From Wallemia ichthyophaga EXF-994 (taxonomy: Eukaryota > Fungi > Basidiomycota), in assembly GCF_000400465.1 (NCBI RefSeq), contig NW_008806282.1, positions 20,001 through 268,000 of the forward strand: a stretch of 248,000 bases of DNA, read 5' to 3'. Under the pieces are notes generated by a model. It worked only from the letters and a program-made list of their open reading frames with translations, was not told where the DNA came from and made no database searches. Shown in pieces: positions 136,688-152,167 of this stretch (position 1 is the first letter of the stretch; every line of letters begins with the position of its first letter). A program made the position numbers and the translations under genes.

Positions 136688-138581
136688 CTAACCATTAATC
136701 TTGGCACTCATCTCAGCCTGTTTGGTGAGAGCAAGCGGACAGTCACCGCGAGGCATCACAACTTCTAATAAAGTGAGTTTGGATGCATTTGCAAAGTTCT
136801 TGTCATTCAAAACCTCATCCAACTCAGCCCTAGTCTTGACTTGGATGCTTTTATGCTCAGCTTGTTTTTGCTTCGAACCAGCTGGTGGCGAGAAGGTCTT
136901 CAACAGCATTTGATGATCAATGTGAGCAATTTCATTGTATGCTGCAGTTTCCCCGTGTATTTTGCGCTCAATTTCATAGCCATCGTTGGATAAGACCACC
137001 AATATTGGCTTAAGTCCAAGCCTTATAATTGTCGCTAACTCTTGAATTGTGAGTTGGAGACTACCATCACCGATAAACAGCACCGTGCGCCTTCCTTGGT
137101 CGCGAGCTGCGATAGCAGCACCTAATGTCCCTGGTAGTGAGTATCCAATCGAGCCCCAAAGCACTTGCGAAATAGCTGTAGCTTTGTCTGGCAAAGTAAC
137201 ATCAAGTATACCAAACGAACTTGTACCAGTTTCTGTGAGAATGACATCTCCAGTGTTGAAGAAATCTCCAAATCTTGGCCAAAACCAGTCATGTGTGATT
137301 GGTGAGTTGAGATTACCCTTGCTTTCTTCAAGAATTTTGACATTCTTCACTTCACGGGCTTTCTTAGCAGCGATAAACTTCTCAGACTTGGTTGGGTCTG
137401 GCTTGGCTATCTTGCGTAGTGCTTCAGCCAGCTTTGGAATGACTACTCTCATAGGAACACCTGGGTATCTAGCATAACCAATTACAGTCTGGTCTGAGTG
137501 TAGCTCTATCGACTTCTTCTCCTTCAAATTCCCACTCCAACTACCTGTATTTCTGTAAGAATCACAATGTAACATAATGATTACCCAACCAACCAGTGTT
137601 AAAGTCTGATGAGAGTGCACCAACGTTGATCACAAGATCACTAGCTTCAGCGAGCTCTTTAGTCTCGACCGGGTTCGAAAGAGCCCCAATGTAAGTACCA
137701 CCGAAATGTGAGTGGGATTCATCAATCGCACCCTTACCCATAGGGGTGTCAAAAAATATCATGTTGCCCTTTTCGACCAGAGCCTGTGCTTGCGCCTCCA
137801 CTCCGTACCTGAGAGCACAAGCGTCGACAACAACGGCAGGGTTCTTAGATTCTTTGAACAGCTTAACAATCTCCTCTACAACAGCATCGTATGCCTTTTG
137901 CTTCTCCGACTCGTCAGCGAAAACGGAGGAGTGAGCTTCAACAAGACCTCTGATTTCATGAGCGCTTGGCAAAGGAGTTTTGAGTGGTGCAGCAGGAATC
138001 TGAGACTTGACGAGATCGCTTGGAAGAGTGAGGTAAACAGGTTTGCAATTGGAGATAGCGTGAACGATAAGTCTGTCTATTTCCCCGCCAGCGCCCTCGC
138101 TCGAACTAAGAAGAGCTTGGGCTGACGTAATTTCACGTGCTGTGTTTGCGAAAGCCGAGTACGAGGAATCGGTAGATGCAAGCGTATGATGGAGCACCTT
138201 GCTGCTCTTCATTACAGATGTTGCCGCCACGCCGACAATGTGGAAGATCGGAAGTCGCTCAGCCATACTCCCAGCAACGCCGTTGATTGCGCTAAGCTCA
138301 CCGACACCCTGCGTCGTAATGAGTGTGGCCATATTCTTACACGTTCTCGCATATGCATCACTAGCATATGCAGCATTGAGTTCATTTGTGTTTCCAATCC
138401 AGTTAAGGCGTGGGTGCTCTTCAAAGTAATCAAGAAGTCCCAAGTTGAAGTCACCTGGAACACCAAAAATTGGTTGCTGCCCACCGCCACCGAGTTGGTC
138501 AATACGGGTGACAAGATATTCAGCAATCGTGCATGTGTTAGAAGGTCTATCGACCTGAGGTGTTATGTCTACAGCTGCCAT
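136688..138581 (-). CDS. PDC1: Pyruvate decarboxylase
   Basis: FGVPGDFN, NELNAAYASDAYAR, GVGELSAING, GDGSLQLT..NDGYEIE. Confidence 0.95.
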
Positions 138582-138969
138582 TGTACGTGTGTGTTTGTAA
138601 GTGATCGTTTATAACAGCGAACAATCCCGGCGGTGGGAACGAATGATTTGATCCACTGACGATGACGTCAATTTGATAGAACATCCAGAAAGGTGCTTTG
138701 AATCCAAATTCAAGAATCACAGTAATTTGTTTTTATCGACTGAATATTGATTCTTAGACATGCTTGTTTAATTCCGTTATTTATATATTGCATCATTACG
138801 GCACCCGAGACACATGTGTCCGATAACCGACATTTTAACTCGTGAACGAAAAAAGCCAAAGCCCGTTGAATTATAGAAAAATAACTACAAGCGTGTATCT
138901 TAAAACATATTATAAATGGGAGTAGGGTAGAATCAGGGTAGCAAATAAAGGCTAGAAATTGTGATATCG

Positions 138970-141900
138970 CTAAGCTGCATCTTCATCCTCTTCAACGATA
139001 ACGGTATCATCATTTTCCTTATGAGTAGGTTGAGATTGTTCGGTTGTGTTGTTGTTTTCGTTATTGTCAGCATCAGCTTCATCAGCCGCATAGAAAAGCC
139101 AATGGCACTGGTGGTGATTGTGAGATGCGCTCAATACATTCAATCATTTACTCACCTGCAGAATAAATATCTTAACCAAATTCGACACATGTCCAATGTT
139201 GCTCATGCTAGCCATAAAGTTGCCAGGTCCAGCTGGCGGTTTGAGTATGTTTGGACCGAAAACAATCGCGAGATTGTGTGCAAACATCTGGTTCTGATCC
139301 TCGAAGTCAGTGACTCTGAGTGATGGTTAGTTTGTAAAACGATTCAAATATCTCACTCACTTCTCCAGATGCTCTGCAAGTCTTCTCAGCAGTGTGAAAT
139401 GTGTTCTTGGCAAATTCCAAACAAGCTCGCGAATGGCATATAGCCGCTCTTCGTACTCCTCAATCAGCACTGCTTGGATAAAGCTGGGGTACATTGCATA
139501 TGGTACGACTGGTTCGGGCAATTCACGAAGATAAAGCTTAAGGATACCAGTGACTGAGTGTACATCTCTTGCGTCCCCTTCACTCAAGTTGATCGCCGAA
139601 GCATCGCTGTCGAATGCGTCCTTGAGGTTTGTAATCGAGCTAATAGCTCCACTTAATCTGTAAATGCCCGTTTCGAGCAAACCTCTCTTTTCAATCTCAT
139701 TCAAACACTTGTCAATAAGGATCGGAATATCCCCATTTTCGATACCTTCGTCGCCATGCTCTCGTCTCACAACTTCAGATAAATCAACACCAAAGACTGC
139801 TTTTATGTTAGATGGGCGTGGTGCGTTGGTAACTTATACTCACCTGCCTGTGGCTCCCTCTTTCCGGACACAGCTGGGGCTTGAGTTTGCTGTTGAGTTT
139901 GCGCTTGCAAATCGCTAGCCGAAGTTGCATTCGGAGCAATGTAAGTGAGACGCTTTGCGGCTGACGACTGACTCGCTCTTGAAACAACATCAATCCACTC
140001 CTTGACATCAGATGCAGACGTAGCTTGGAAAAGGTAGTTAGCTCCATCCTCAGACACGATTTGGAAAGTGTAACTGCGAGCATTGTTGACAAATTCAGAC
140101 ACTCTGGCAGCATGCAACGTAACGACTAGTGCAGGTTTGTTTGAGGGTTCGAAATCCAACTCAGACAGTCTCTTTCTAGGTGTCTCTGATGGTGTGTGCT
140201 GAGAGGAGCCGAATGCAATTGACAGAGGTCTAAATGGTCTGAGTAACGCCGTCATGCGCTTTCCTTGTCTTGATTTCTTGGCAGTATTTGTACTACCAAC
140301 ACTGGCAGTAGACGTCGATGATGTTGTTCGACTGTGCCTGGATAAAAACGACATAGAGGCAGCTTTCTGTATCTCTGTTTCACGTTTCTCGAGAACAGCC
140401 AAGTCATCTCGTTTTTCACGCCTCATGCGTTCGATAATTGTTGCATCTCTTTTCTCCTTCTCTTGTTGCAGCTTCACTACACCGGCGAAAGCATAAGTAT
140501 GCTCGACATTGAAATCCTTGGTCTGTGCCTCGATAACTTCTCGACTAGCGTCCTCATGCACATGTTTATGGATAGAATGCTCAGAATCCTTTGTCTGTAG
140601 ACGAGGTATCAGTTCATTCGACTGCTTGTCCATTAGTTGCAGAAGGAATGAAATAGATCCTTCATCCTCGCTAGACAGTACGTTCTGTTGACCGAGTTGC
140701 GGGGCGTTGCAACTGAAATTGAAGAGATACCTCCGCTTATCGAAGGAAACGAATTGTCCGATAAGATTCTCATCATCCCTTACGTCCAGTATTACTTCGA
140801 GCATACGCTCCCAGATCCAGCCGAGATCGACAGCGCAAGGCCGCTCACGCTCACGTAGGCTTGATACGCTTTTTCTCCTATCGCTTTCACTGACATCTGG
140901 CGACTTGATGAACGTCTGCAGCGACTGGATATCTGCATTCCTATTGTCAGCCACCTTAGTCCATGTACCGACATGGCTTCTGGATTCAGGCGTCACCAAA
141001 GCAGCCACTAGCGCACCCTCGACCATAGACTTAATAGTAGAGCCGGAAACGTCATTCGCAGACGGTACAATACTCGCCATGCTTGAACTCAATGTCCCAC
141101 CAGTACGCATAGAAATATCCTCGCCATTCAAGCAAGTCATCCTAGATCTGCAAATGGTAATAGCATCCAACATTATCTCTATCCTCTTTGATCGTGCTTC
141201 CAATCCTAAACCAACTTGCGAGATCATGTTTGTTGCCCATTTTCTCACTATCATAGTAGCCTTGTGAGCAGCTCTAACGCTGGCTGGCAATCTCCTAGCG
141301 ATACTGACATCTCCTTCTCCTTTAACGATAGATATGTACGTGTAAATATCCTGTATTGGCAAATTCTCCTGAGATGGATTGTGGTTGATGTCTTGCGATT
141401 TGCTTGCAAACCATCCATCATTCTCATTCACCTGAGTTTCAAACAATTCGGCTGTTGCGACTAAATCCTGCTCAGAAATGTTTCGGAGTATAGCAGAGCC
141501 AATCTGGTCCAAGGCTTCAACAATCTCCTCAGCTGAACTGTTGTCCATATTCTCAACAACAGTGGCAGCTTCAAGGATATCTCTAGTTTTACTCTCCGGA
141601 ACTGCCTTGTCTTCTGGAGCTGGCTCAGATGATTGGTCACCTTCCAGAACTCCTTCTGGCTTGATGTCACTGTTTAGCGACTCGGAGGGACCTTCATTGT
141701 TAGATAATAAATCAGGCCTAAGAGCCTGTCTGACAAAGAAGTCATACAAAGACTGCATTGCGCGCTGTGTAGTTTGCAGCGATGACAGCTGATCTTCGCT
141801 GACGTGGCGTTCTTGAGTCAATGTTTGTGCACCTTTCAAGAAGGTGTAGAGCCCAGAAAACAAAGCTTGCTCATCGAGAGCATCTTGCAGACCACCACCG

Positions 141901-144900
141901 AATTCTAACCAGAATCTCAGCGCATCAATAACACCAACACGCACTCTTGTTACTTGCTCCCACTCGATTTCATCGACTGGTATTCGTTCAGACTTCCAGG
142001 TTGGGAAGTGAACCTCTGAAGCGACCAGTGATAATTCCGGCGAGACGTTTGGAGCACATTCAAAGCGCTTTTGAAGCGTCTGACGGGTGTTAGAAGGCTT
142101 TACTTGAATATTGTAACAACGCACCTCAAAGAGTTTTAACGGAAGACAGATACTTCTGAAAGTAGCGAAGAACACATCGGCGTACTCAGTCAAGTCCATA
142201 GCAAACTTGATCTTCCCTTTACCAGCGGAAGACACCTCCAGACCACCGCCCATATCGTCAGCAGAAGTTCTTTGTACACCTAAATGATCAATGCCTAGAA
142301 TAAGCACGTCGATCAGCCTATCCAGGTTTCCACTCTTGACATGCACTCTCAAATACGCTTCATTCGAGTGATTGCTGCTGAAGTTACTGTAGTTGGAGTA
142401 CCGCTGCGAAGGCGTACCGATGAGACTTTGGCGCCTCACGGATGCAGCACGACCCAATGCACCAGTCGTACCGGTGGTGGTGCAGAAGTTAGACACGCTA
142501 GCATGTCGCGAAGTAGCCCGTGACTCTATCAAAGAAGTGGGTCTGGATCCCTCCTCACCCACTCTAGCAGATGAAGGTAACACCGGACTGTCGAGTTTAG
142601 TTTGACCACTTGCCGATGTAGCGACCGACAGTCTATGAGACACACTGAAACGCTTGACAAAAAATGACTCATTAGGGAGGGCTTTGATCACCAATTCTCC
142701 ATCACACAAGTTAAATAACGTCTCTGCGCCACCAGCTGCCATCTCCTTCATCGTCCTTTGAAATGCCAGACGACGGTTCTGAGGCTCGTGTATATTCTTG
142801 GCTGCCTTTTCTATAGCTAGAACTGGCGATTGTCCGTCTTCGTTTTTGATAGCGCGGCGTGAAGGCTTGCGTTTGAGATCCATATCGAAACTCCTTCTGC
142901 GCAGCTGAAGTGAATGCGTGCGCACAAGTTGACGAGCTTGTGGTGTAGGTGTTGGGAGAGTTGTTTGCGCTGACTTTGTTGAATCCGTGCTGTCAAGTCT
143001 CGACATTTTCGGTTTGGAAGGTTGAGCATAAAGTTTCTCGTTAGCTTCTGCCGCAATGCTCTCTGCATCACTGAAGGTAACATATGACAACGTTGGTGGG
143101 AATGTCAGGGGCGTAAGTGGATGTACGAGTAGTTGAGTAGGTGGTTTGTAGTCGGTTGCAAGGGCTGGAGACGCGCTTGCAATGGAATCTTCTGTCTTGT
143201 GAGTCTTGCGCTCAGCAGGTGCGTTCAGCAATCTACTTTCACAACTGAGAGAGTTGCCAATATAGAGAGATATTCTATGAATTGATTAGAGTTTATAAAT
143301 TGAGCAGATTCAACTCACTGAGGCAGTTGTGGTATCGGTATTAAAGACAAATACTGCCACAGCGCACCAAACTCGACCAACAAAGCTGCACATCTAGATG
143401 TCAAAACTTTGTCATCGTCCTCCTCACGTCCACCAACAGTATGATTATCATCATCATCATTAGTCGCAGTACCAACTGTGTCACGACTACTCTTATGATT
143501 CAAATCTATTTTGACATTCTGACCCAAGTAAGACTCTTCGAACAACGCAAACGCTTCATAAAGTCTCCTACGCGATCTGTATAATGGAGCAAGCTGAATC
143601 TCATCGGTGCTGTGAGCATCTAGCGTCGGCTTCACGTCATCCAGTAGTGTTCCAAGGTATGGTATAGCAGCTGAGGTGACGTGAATTGAAGAATTTGCTG
143701 CTGGTCTAACTTTACTCTTGGGTGGTATTGTGTAGTTTGGAATTGATGTCGCCGGTTTGACCTTTGCTTCAGTGGTAATTTCAGCCTCATCAACAACTCC
143801 CAAATCAGCCAGCGTTGCTGCCCATCTTGACACCGTGTTACGTTCATCACGACCAATGCGCTTCCATGTCCTTGAAAGTCGTGATACAGCGCGGGAGCAA
143901 AGACCCAACGCAACAGCAGCCCATCCTGCAGCATCGCCAAGTCGCTCAAGTGACATACCGACTCTGATCCAATGCACGATCAAAGTTGCACGCAAAGCGG
144001 TGGGCGAAGACGTCGTAGCAGCGACTAGAGATCTCAACTGACCAAGTGAGCTAATTCCCTCTAAATTAAGTGGTTGTCTTGATAGAATAAGAACATGGTG
144101 CAATATCAATCTAGTCAGGAAATGAGGCTTGGCGGGAGAAAATGACAAGAGCAATAACGGATTGGCATCATCAGCTTGCTGACAAATTCTCAAAAACATT
144201 TCTTGTCTGACCCTCAAATCCTCACCATCGTGCTTGTCAAGGTATTCACCAAGTCCGTTTATGCGTTCAACGTGATAGGAGTGTACTTGACGACCAATCT
144301 CCCGCGGCTCTAACACCAGAAATAGAGCTGGTGTCAAACCAGCATTTGCAAGGTGCTTCGAAACTTCTGATCGCAGGACCTGCGGCGACGAAGAATCACT
144401 CCGTAGCTTACTTTGGTAGTCTTCAGGTGCGAAGGGAGAAGGTATATCACGAGGATTGAAGAGGTTTGCATGAATTGTTTTGACTAAATCTTCGTGTTCC
144501 TGCGTCGATGGCCTAGGCTTTATGGCTTCGACAAGATTAATGAGTATTCTCTTTCCTTGGTCATCGAGCTGCAAACGCTGAATTGCGACGAGATATCTTA
144601 TGATGAAAGGTAGGATGACATGCTGAATGTATTCTGCGTTTGGAGCTTCTTGCAACGCGGTATTTGAACACTTCTGGACTTCACTGAAGAACCTTGTTGG
144701 TGTAAAGTGCTTTTCGAGTACCGCAGAGTAGTTGAAAATGACGCTCTCGACGTATTCATATTGTTGATCTGAGGTATGTTAGGATTGAAATGGAGACATT
144801 AAGAACTCACCATTATTAGAAGACTGTGTAGCGAAGATCATTTCATGAACAATTGCACCCGGACTACCACCGATAACTCTTTCGTCAGACGCGCTCTCAT

Positions 144901-145912
144901 TAATGACGAGACCGGGATGCTTATCTTTACCGTAATACGCGCGTGATCTTTGAACAGGGTTCTGCTGCTGGATAGGAGCACTAGGTATAAGTCTCTGAGG
145001 AAAAAAGTCCTTAATGGCGTTAGCCTTCTCGGACGAAGGTATCTTGTATAAAAATAGCTTGTTGTTCCTTAATGTGACTTTGAAGGGTTTCCAGTTACGA
145101 GAGAGTTCGCCTTGTGTTTTTCGTGAGGGCATGTAATCAATCTTTCTTTGGAGGAAGCCGGACCTAAGAGTGATCTGCGAAGACCTTTTATCGGTGCGCT
145201 GTTCTTGAGACCAGAAATCGTGATCACGACCCGGGGTTGGAGAAGGCGGGTCATCACGGCCGACATCCAGATCAAAAACGTGATTTGAAGTGTTCGTAGG
145301 TGAGACAGCTGTGTTAGTTTCGTCATCAGACCGGGCTTTAGCTGTGGGGTGAAGCGTTGGGTGGGAAGAAGTGGGAGTGAGGAGCGCTTCATGCTCTGGT
145401 GTGGGTGAGCCCCCCTTTGGAGACTCAAGGCTGGAGGAAGAAGATTGGGCTATGGAAGCGAGTGGAGTTGGATTGCCAAAGAGAATAGAATGAGCAGCAA
145501 GTGAAGATTTCCTCTGCGGTCTCTGATTGAAGTCAGGGGTCATGAGAGATGCTTGCTGCTGCTGGGACTGCTGGGACTGCTGGGCTTGCTCTTCAATCGG
145601 GTAGACAGCCATCGGGAGAGATATCTTGCGCGTACGGAGAGATGATTCAGCGGGATCTTTCCTGGGCTGAACGTGTATCTGGTCGTTGAAGCTGCCCAAG
145701 TCATCGACTGACTTTGAGTGCTTTTGTTCTGTGCTCGTGTATGGCTGGTTGAAATGAAGTGAATTGGATTGCTGCAAAGATTTTTTGCTATTCGACGGCT
145801 GCAATCTCTTCAAGTAGTTTACAAAGTTTGGCCTTGACTCGTCATCCTTTTTGAATCGTCTCATCGTCGTGGGGCACAACGAGTCGCGTCGAATGGACGT
145901 GCTCACGTCCAT
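138970..145912 (-). CDS. Bem2-like RasGEF + PH + RhoGAP multidomain protein
   Basis: IPYLG RasGEF, LDRLIDVL, PH, RGLLETGIYRLSG, KLYLRELPEP. Confidence 0.85.
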
Positions 145913-146304
145913 TTCTGCTCGAAAATAAATAAACTTACACTTGTGAGTCGTGGAACAGCGTATTTTGCTGTATTCCCTATATTATCCACAGTTTTACCTT
146001 TCAATTTATGTTTCTGGTATGTGTGACAGCGGTGACGATTTACGGCAAGTACGACAGCTGCGATCGATGATCTAGAGCGTTTCCATGGATTATATTCTAA
146101 AATACACCCACTCCGATACATTTTTTTGCAAATTTTGGCACGCGATCTTTATCAGATCTCAGTGTGCCTCCTTTCAACCTCGGCGAAGAATTGAGTAATT
146201 TGAGTAAATTGCAAAATTACGGAGCTTGCGATAAGACGAGTACGTCATCTTCACGATAACAAGAATATGCTGATCGCCCCTCAAACTCACTCAGTCATCA
146301 CACA

Positions 146305-148305
146305 ATGAAACGCTACTTGAGCTCGTCGACGAGGCTAGCCAAATCTGACCCTGGAAACCATCAGCGAGTGAGTGCACCTACTACGTCTTCCCCAGCTACC
146401 TCATCTAATTCCACTTCTTCAGGACCTTATCTTATCCGTACTCAACGCCAGGCCGTCTGCCAGGGACTCCAAATCCTACTTGGCATCTTTCAGAAAACCA
146501 CAAAAGCCTGCATTCGACGTAAATCACAGCCTTCCTCTCAAGACCTCCGACATTGATCCCACCACGCCTTTATCTACCACGACCACTGCGCCCGATGACG
146601 AGATACTCGACCCTATAAACCCTCGAGCAGGGCTCGTAAAGCTCCAGGGTCCTTTCACCGATCGCCAGCTCGACTCTATAGGCGTCGGGATGAACAACCT
146701 TCGCGAAATGGGTCTTGTCAGCGTCGTCGTTGTCGATTCCGAGCTGTGGTCCGTCGAGCGACTGAAGCGAGCCAAGAACAACGGCAGCCACGCCGTCTCA
146801 CAGCTCATACACTCAATTCGCGACGAGGTTATTAGAGTTACAGAGACATTAATCGAAGAGGGCAGCGAAGCGATACCTATCCTACACCCAATAGCGCATC
146901 TCGATAAACGCTCCAAGTGTCTCCCTCAATGGGCTACATCACAGCAACATAGAAGAGCCAGACATGCACCTGAGACATGCCATATCAACCTCGCAGACCT
147001 GGCCCAAATCCGCAAAGCTATCAAGAAACGCATAACACCTGTAATACCGTCGTTTGCATTTAACGACGACCTCAGGACAATACCTGTGCATGCTGACGAG
147101 ATACTGGTCGCACTGTCAGAATCGCTCGAGGCTGCACAATCTCAAAAGGCAGACGAGCTCAAAAAGCTGACAATGGATATCACACCACTGCGTCTACTGA
147201 TTATAACAAGAACCGGAGGTATTCCTTCACCCGCACGATCAGGTCTGCCGCATTTATCCATAAACTTGTCAAGCGAGCATGAGCATATCGCTTCAACTTT
147301 CGTTTGGGAGTCTTCACACCCATCCGCACTAACAAACCTCTCGCTGGCAAGACGGTGTCTGATGCACATGCCACAGTCATCTACTGCTCTAATTGTCGGA
147401 CACAGATCCGCAATGGACCTCGTAGCCAATCTGATAACTAACAAACCCGCTCACTCTGCCTCCTTGCCACACGAGCTTCTCGTTACTTCCGATAAGATCA
147501 CATCACACACTCCTACATCGGTCAGATTAGGTGCGCCCATACAATGTATTCGCAATTTCGAAGACATCGACCAAGACAAACTAACCCACCTCCTCGAATC
147601 GTCATTCAGGCGAGTTTTAGACAGAGATGCGTTCTTTACTCGTCTTAGGCACTCGCTAGATTTTGTCATTGTTGCTGGTGATTATGGCGGCTGCGCCATT
147701 GTGACGAATGAGGTGGATCGCGATGTCGATGGCAATGGCAATGGCAATGGCGAACGTGATGACTCAAACTCTATCGCATACCTGGACAAATTTGCTGTAC
147801 TCCCATCTATGCAAGGAGACGGTACTGTCGATTTCCTCTGGCTGGCCTTGCGCGATGAAAGCTTCGGACTTGGATTGCTCGATGCTCTCAACACCAACGG
147901 CGGCCTCGAAGGTAAAGGTGTAGGCAAGGACTTGGTTTGGAGATCACGTGGCAACAACCCGATAAATAAGGTGAGTTTGTGGGCGCTCAGCTCAATAACA
148001 TCGACTAAACTCCAACACAGTGGTACTTCGAGAGAGCCACCGGATTTCTGCGGGTCGAGGGCAAGACTGAAGCGGCCAAGAAGGCAGGTGGATGGGTCAT
148101 GTTCTGGGCGGATGCAGAGGATAAACTGGCACGTAAATTGAAAGGTCGCCACGCAACACCTCTCGCACCAACAGGAATCCCACTACCGGGAAGTGAAGGT
148201 CTCAGTAACCCAGACCTTGGCTTGTCACTTATTGAAGACGAGGAGCAAGGACGGCTGCTCATCTATGAAAAAGTTGCATCCAACATACCCTCTAGTTGGA
148301 AGTGA
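146305..148305 (+). CDS. ARG2: Mitochondrial N-acetylglutamate synthase
   Basis: SVLNARPSARDSKSY, YLDKFAV, WRSR..N, WYFER. Confidence 0.88.
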
Positions 148306-148366
148306 AAATAAACAGACAAGGATAGATATAGAATTTCTAACGAGTAATATCAATGCATGTATCAAC

Positions 148367-151300
148367 TCACTGGCTGAATATTAAGTTGAGATTAGCTATT
148401 CTCTCCTGTTTGTTTTCTTCTGATGATTTACCACCTAGCGCATTGTCAACGAGCGCAGTCTTGCGTTTCTGTATGTGCATAACGCGATCCTCTATGCTGT
148501 CTTGGATACAGAACCTCACAACGTGTACGTCTTTCTCTTGGCCGATTCTATGTACTCTATCAATAGCCTGCTTTTCGATGGCTTCGTTCCACCAGACGTC
148601 CATCATAAATACGTGGTTAGCGGAAGTAAGGTTGAGTCCCACACCACCAGCTCGCAAGCTGATGAGAAGGACTACACTATTATCACCTCTATCGAGATCA
148701 TTGAGTACTATCTCCCTATTCTTCTGTGACGTCGATCCATCCAGTCTTAAGAAATGAATCTTGTCCTTAATGAGCGAATCGCCAACTAGATCCAAGAAAG
148801 CTGTGAATTGTGAGAAAACGACAGCTTTGAATTTACCCTCCACTTCGCGCAATCGCTGTAAATGTCCAGTGAGAGCACGCAGTTTCGCTGAGGATTGAAA
148901 ATTGTGCGCCTTTCGCAACTTCACCACTTGGTCATTCTGGGATGTCGGTTCACCGTACACGACCTCAAGTAGTTGATCTGTGCGTATTGGGCCATTGCGG
149001 CAGACTGGACACGAAGTCATCTCCCCCTTGTCTTCTAATCTATCGAAGTATCCTAGAACGCATTGCTTGCAGCTGATGGGAGGTGGGTAAGAGGAGTCTA
149101 GGGTGCAATGTTATTCTCACCTCTTGTGCATACACGGAAGCAGAACAGGGATAGACATGTTCTCAAAACATATCTAAGACGTGTTAGTTTGTATAGCAAA
149201 TACAGTGTATACCCACAGGACACTCATTGTCCTCTTCACTCATGTCAGTCTGCTCATGAACTCCGTTCGCGAGTTCACTGAGTACCTGCTTGGCGTAATT
149301 GGAATCACCACCTGCGGCAAATTTTGCAATCATAGACTGTATGTCAATACCTGCAACACCACCATCATCGTCCTCCACTTCATCGCTCTCTGTGTCCTTC
149401 TTATTACCTCCGGATGTGACAAGAAACGGATGGAGAGCAGCTTGGCGAAGTCTGAGGAGCATTGCGAATATGTTACTGTAGCTTTTGAGCAACATCCCTT
149501 TATGACTCAAAGCATCGAACTTCCTCTTCGCTTTTTTAAAGATAGCGTTGTATATCTGTCTCTCCTCCGGGGAGAAATCGAGTTTCTCAACATTGACAAT
149601 CTTCTTGGGGAGTGTGACGATAGGTTTCCCATCGCTATCTCGCATGTTCTTCTCTCTCCGGAGCAGACAAGATGACATTATGACCTGGATCAGTTCTATA
149701 GCCTTGGGATCTTGGCTTGCAAATGGTGCGGTAATGAAACTCTTGAAGAAGGTGAAATCGGACCAAGGTTCAACTTTAAGGAATTTGAGCAGCGAGTAAA
149801 GGTCTTCGAGGCGATTGACAATCGGTGTGCCTGTGAGAGCCCATCTTCTGTAAGCAGCGATTTCGAATGCCGCCTTGGCATTGAGCGTCGATCTGTTTTT
149901 GATGTGGTGTGCCTCGTCAATTACAACTCTGTGCCAATAATAATCGAGAATCGTCGGTACGGTGACAGCCTCGTTGGAAGACTTTACGAATGTCTGGTAG
150001 TCGCTTATGAGAACACCATAGCTTGTTATTACGACATTGAAACAATTCGAGTAATCTATAACATTGCCATTCTCATCTTCAACTTTTGTGCGCTTTCTCA
150101 GTTGATTCTCAAGATTGCCTCGATTTTCGCCGTAGTATACAATGGTGCGAACAGAGCCTTTCGCAGAGCACCGCTCAATCTCGTCTCGCCACTGACCGAG
150201 CAGGGACATAGGAACGATGACGAGAGTAGTGTCATTGAGCGCCTTGAAACCCCCCGGCTGTCTGGATTGTGAGGGATTTTTAGCAGACGTAGATGTATTC
150301 TGCTTCCGTTTCTTCTTTGGCTTGCCATCTTCAGTGTCTCGGATTTCCTGGCTCTGACTGAGCTGATAATCGTTATCTGAATCGCTCTGATCGATCTTTA
150401 TAGGAGCAGATTTAGATTGTTTGCTCCCAACTGCGTCAATTCTCTGCTGCTTTCCTGGCTTGACTGTATTGATTTGTTTTTGGTGCCAAGACAAGTCTGA
150501 GTTTTTGTGGTGATGGAGAAGCGCTGCAATCATAATAGTCTTCCCCATACCCATTTCATCGCCCTGTATGCCACCTCTCAGAGTCTTGTTGGCAGATGGG
150601 AAAGTATCTGACAGCTCGCTCGAGTATGGATTGAAGTAAAAATACTCGGCATGAGTCGTGCTCTGCGGATGATCTCTGAATCGGTATCTAGAGAATTGGT
150701 TTACATGTCGCTATTACTTGCGAGAAAGTACTCACTTTTCCCAAAGAGGATGCATCGCTTGAGGATGTGGATCACACGACCGGCTTCTCCCGTTTTTCCC
150801 AATCTCCTCGCTTTCTCCACTCTCCATTGACGACATCCAGCTGAGCGCTTCCTTTTGGTAGTTGCGCAGTGTCAGATTGAAGCTGTCAGCGGCATCAATA
150901 GGCATCAAGTTCCTGCTAGTACCTCCAGCGCGGCTATAGACAGCTCGCAGCTGCTCGTCATCGACTTTGTCAGGGGTTTGAGAGCGATCGTGAGCGTTAT
151001 CGTGAGCTTGATCATGCTCATCGTCGCTGCTATCAATGTTGATAACGGACTTGTCCATCACATGCGTAGTTTTGGTGTTGTTTTTGACGGTGTTATCAGT
151101 GTCGGTGTCAGTGTTCGCAGTGTTCACGGTGTCAACGGAGTGTATCTGTGAAGCAGCTTGCTTGAAGTGGTCAATCTGGGATATGCCATTAAGGGCGCCT
151201 TTGCGACGATGCTGTTGGGTGACACTGCTGCTTTCAATCGGGCTCAAGCTGGTATGGTGGAACACTTTCATCAGAGCCTCCTGCCGTCCAGCAAGTTCTT

Positions 151301-152071
151301 TCTCCTGTTGGCTTTCCTCACTCTGAGATATCTTGCTGGCCTGTCCGTCTGTGTTGTTGCTGTTGCTTTTGCTGCTGTTCTTCTGTGCAAACGCTTTCGG
151401 GTGAAGATACACCTGTAGCGAGAGAATGATGGTATCACCACTGCGCAGCGTCTCGTCGCAATCCATCAACGTTCCAGTGAGCTCGATGATCTGCGTAGTG
151501 TTTAGTGTGGTGTTAGCGGGGTGCACTAAACGCAGTAATGATAACGTACCTGCTTATCGAGCAGTCTGCTCAGATACGACGTGTGGTTAGACGGTAGCCT
151601 ACCCACTTCAAACCCGCGCATGTTCCTAAATCTGCGAGGCCAGATTAGAATGGTTGCATGCGGCGATTAGGCTCACCTGATGATAGTGTTTTCTGATTTG
151701 TTTGAAGACTTGGCAGCGAATCCCTTCAAAGTTGATGTTTTGCCCTTGCCATTCTTTCCATTCTTGCCAGTCTTCTCCGCCTGCTTATTCTTATCTCTCT
151801 CTACCAGCACCTGCTCGCCACTGCGGGCATAACCTTTGCCGTTAACAGTGGACCAACCACTAATGATAATCTCGCCAATAAATCGATTATAGCGCGTTTC
151901 ATCTGTTTTCGCCGTTATCTCGACGACGTCTGTGTCTTCTCGACTGAGTTTGTCTTCGTGTTTACGTTTGGCAGGTGTGCTCGCGACTATCTCCAAATCA
152001 CTCTCGGTCTTATTGTTTTCTTCTTCCCACTCATCTCCAGAATCGAAGAAGAGCGGCGTATCTTGCGTCAT
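148367..152071 (-). CDS. RAD5: SNF2-family RING helicase Rad5 (HIRAN)
   Basis: DEMGMGKT, DEAHHIKNR, LTGTPIVN, RING, QAIDRVHRIGQ. Confidence 0.95.
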
Positions 152072-152167
152072 CAGTGGTCGTTGTCACAAAGAGACAGCCA
152101 CGCGAAACGCCAAATAAAAAATAAATATAAATCCAGCTTAAATAACTTAAATTATAAATCACCTCAA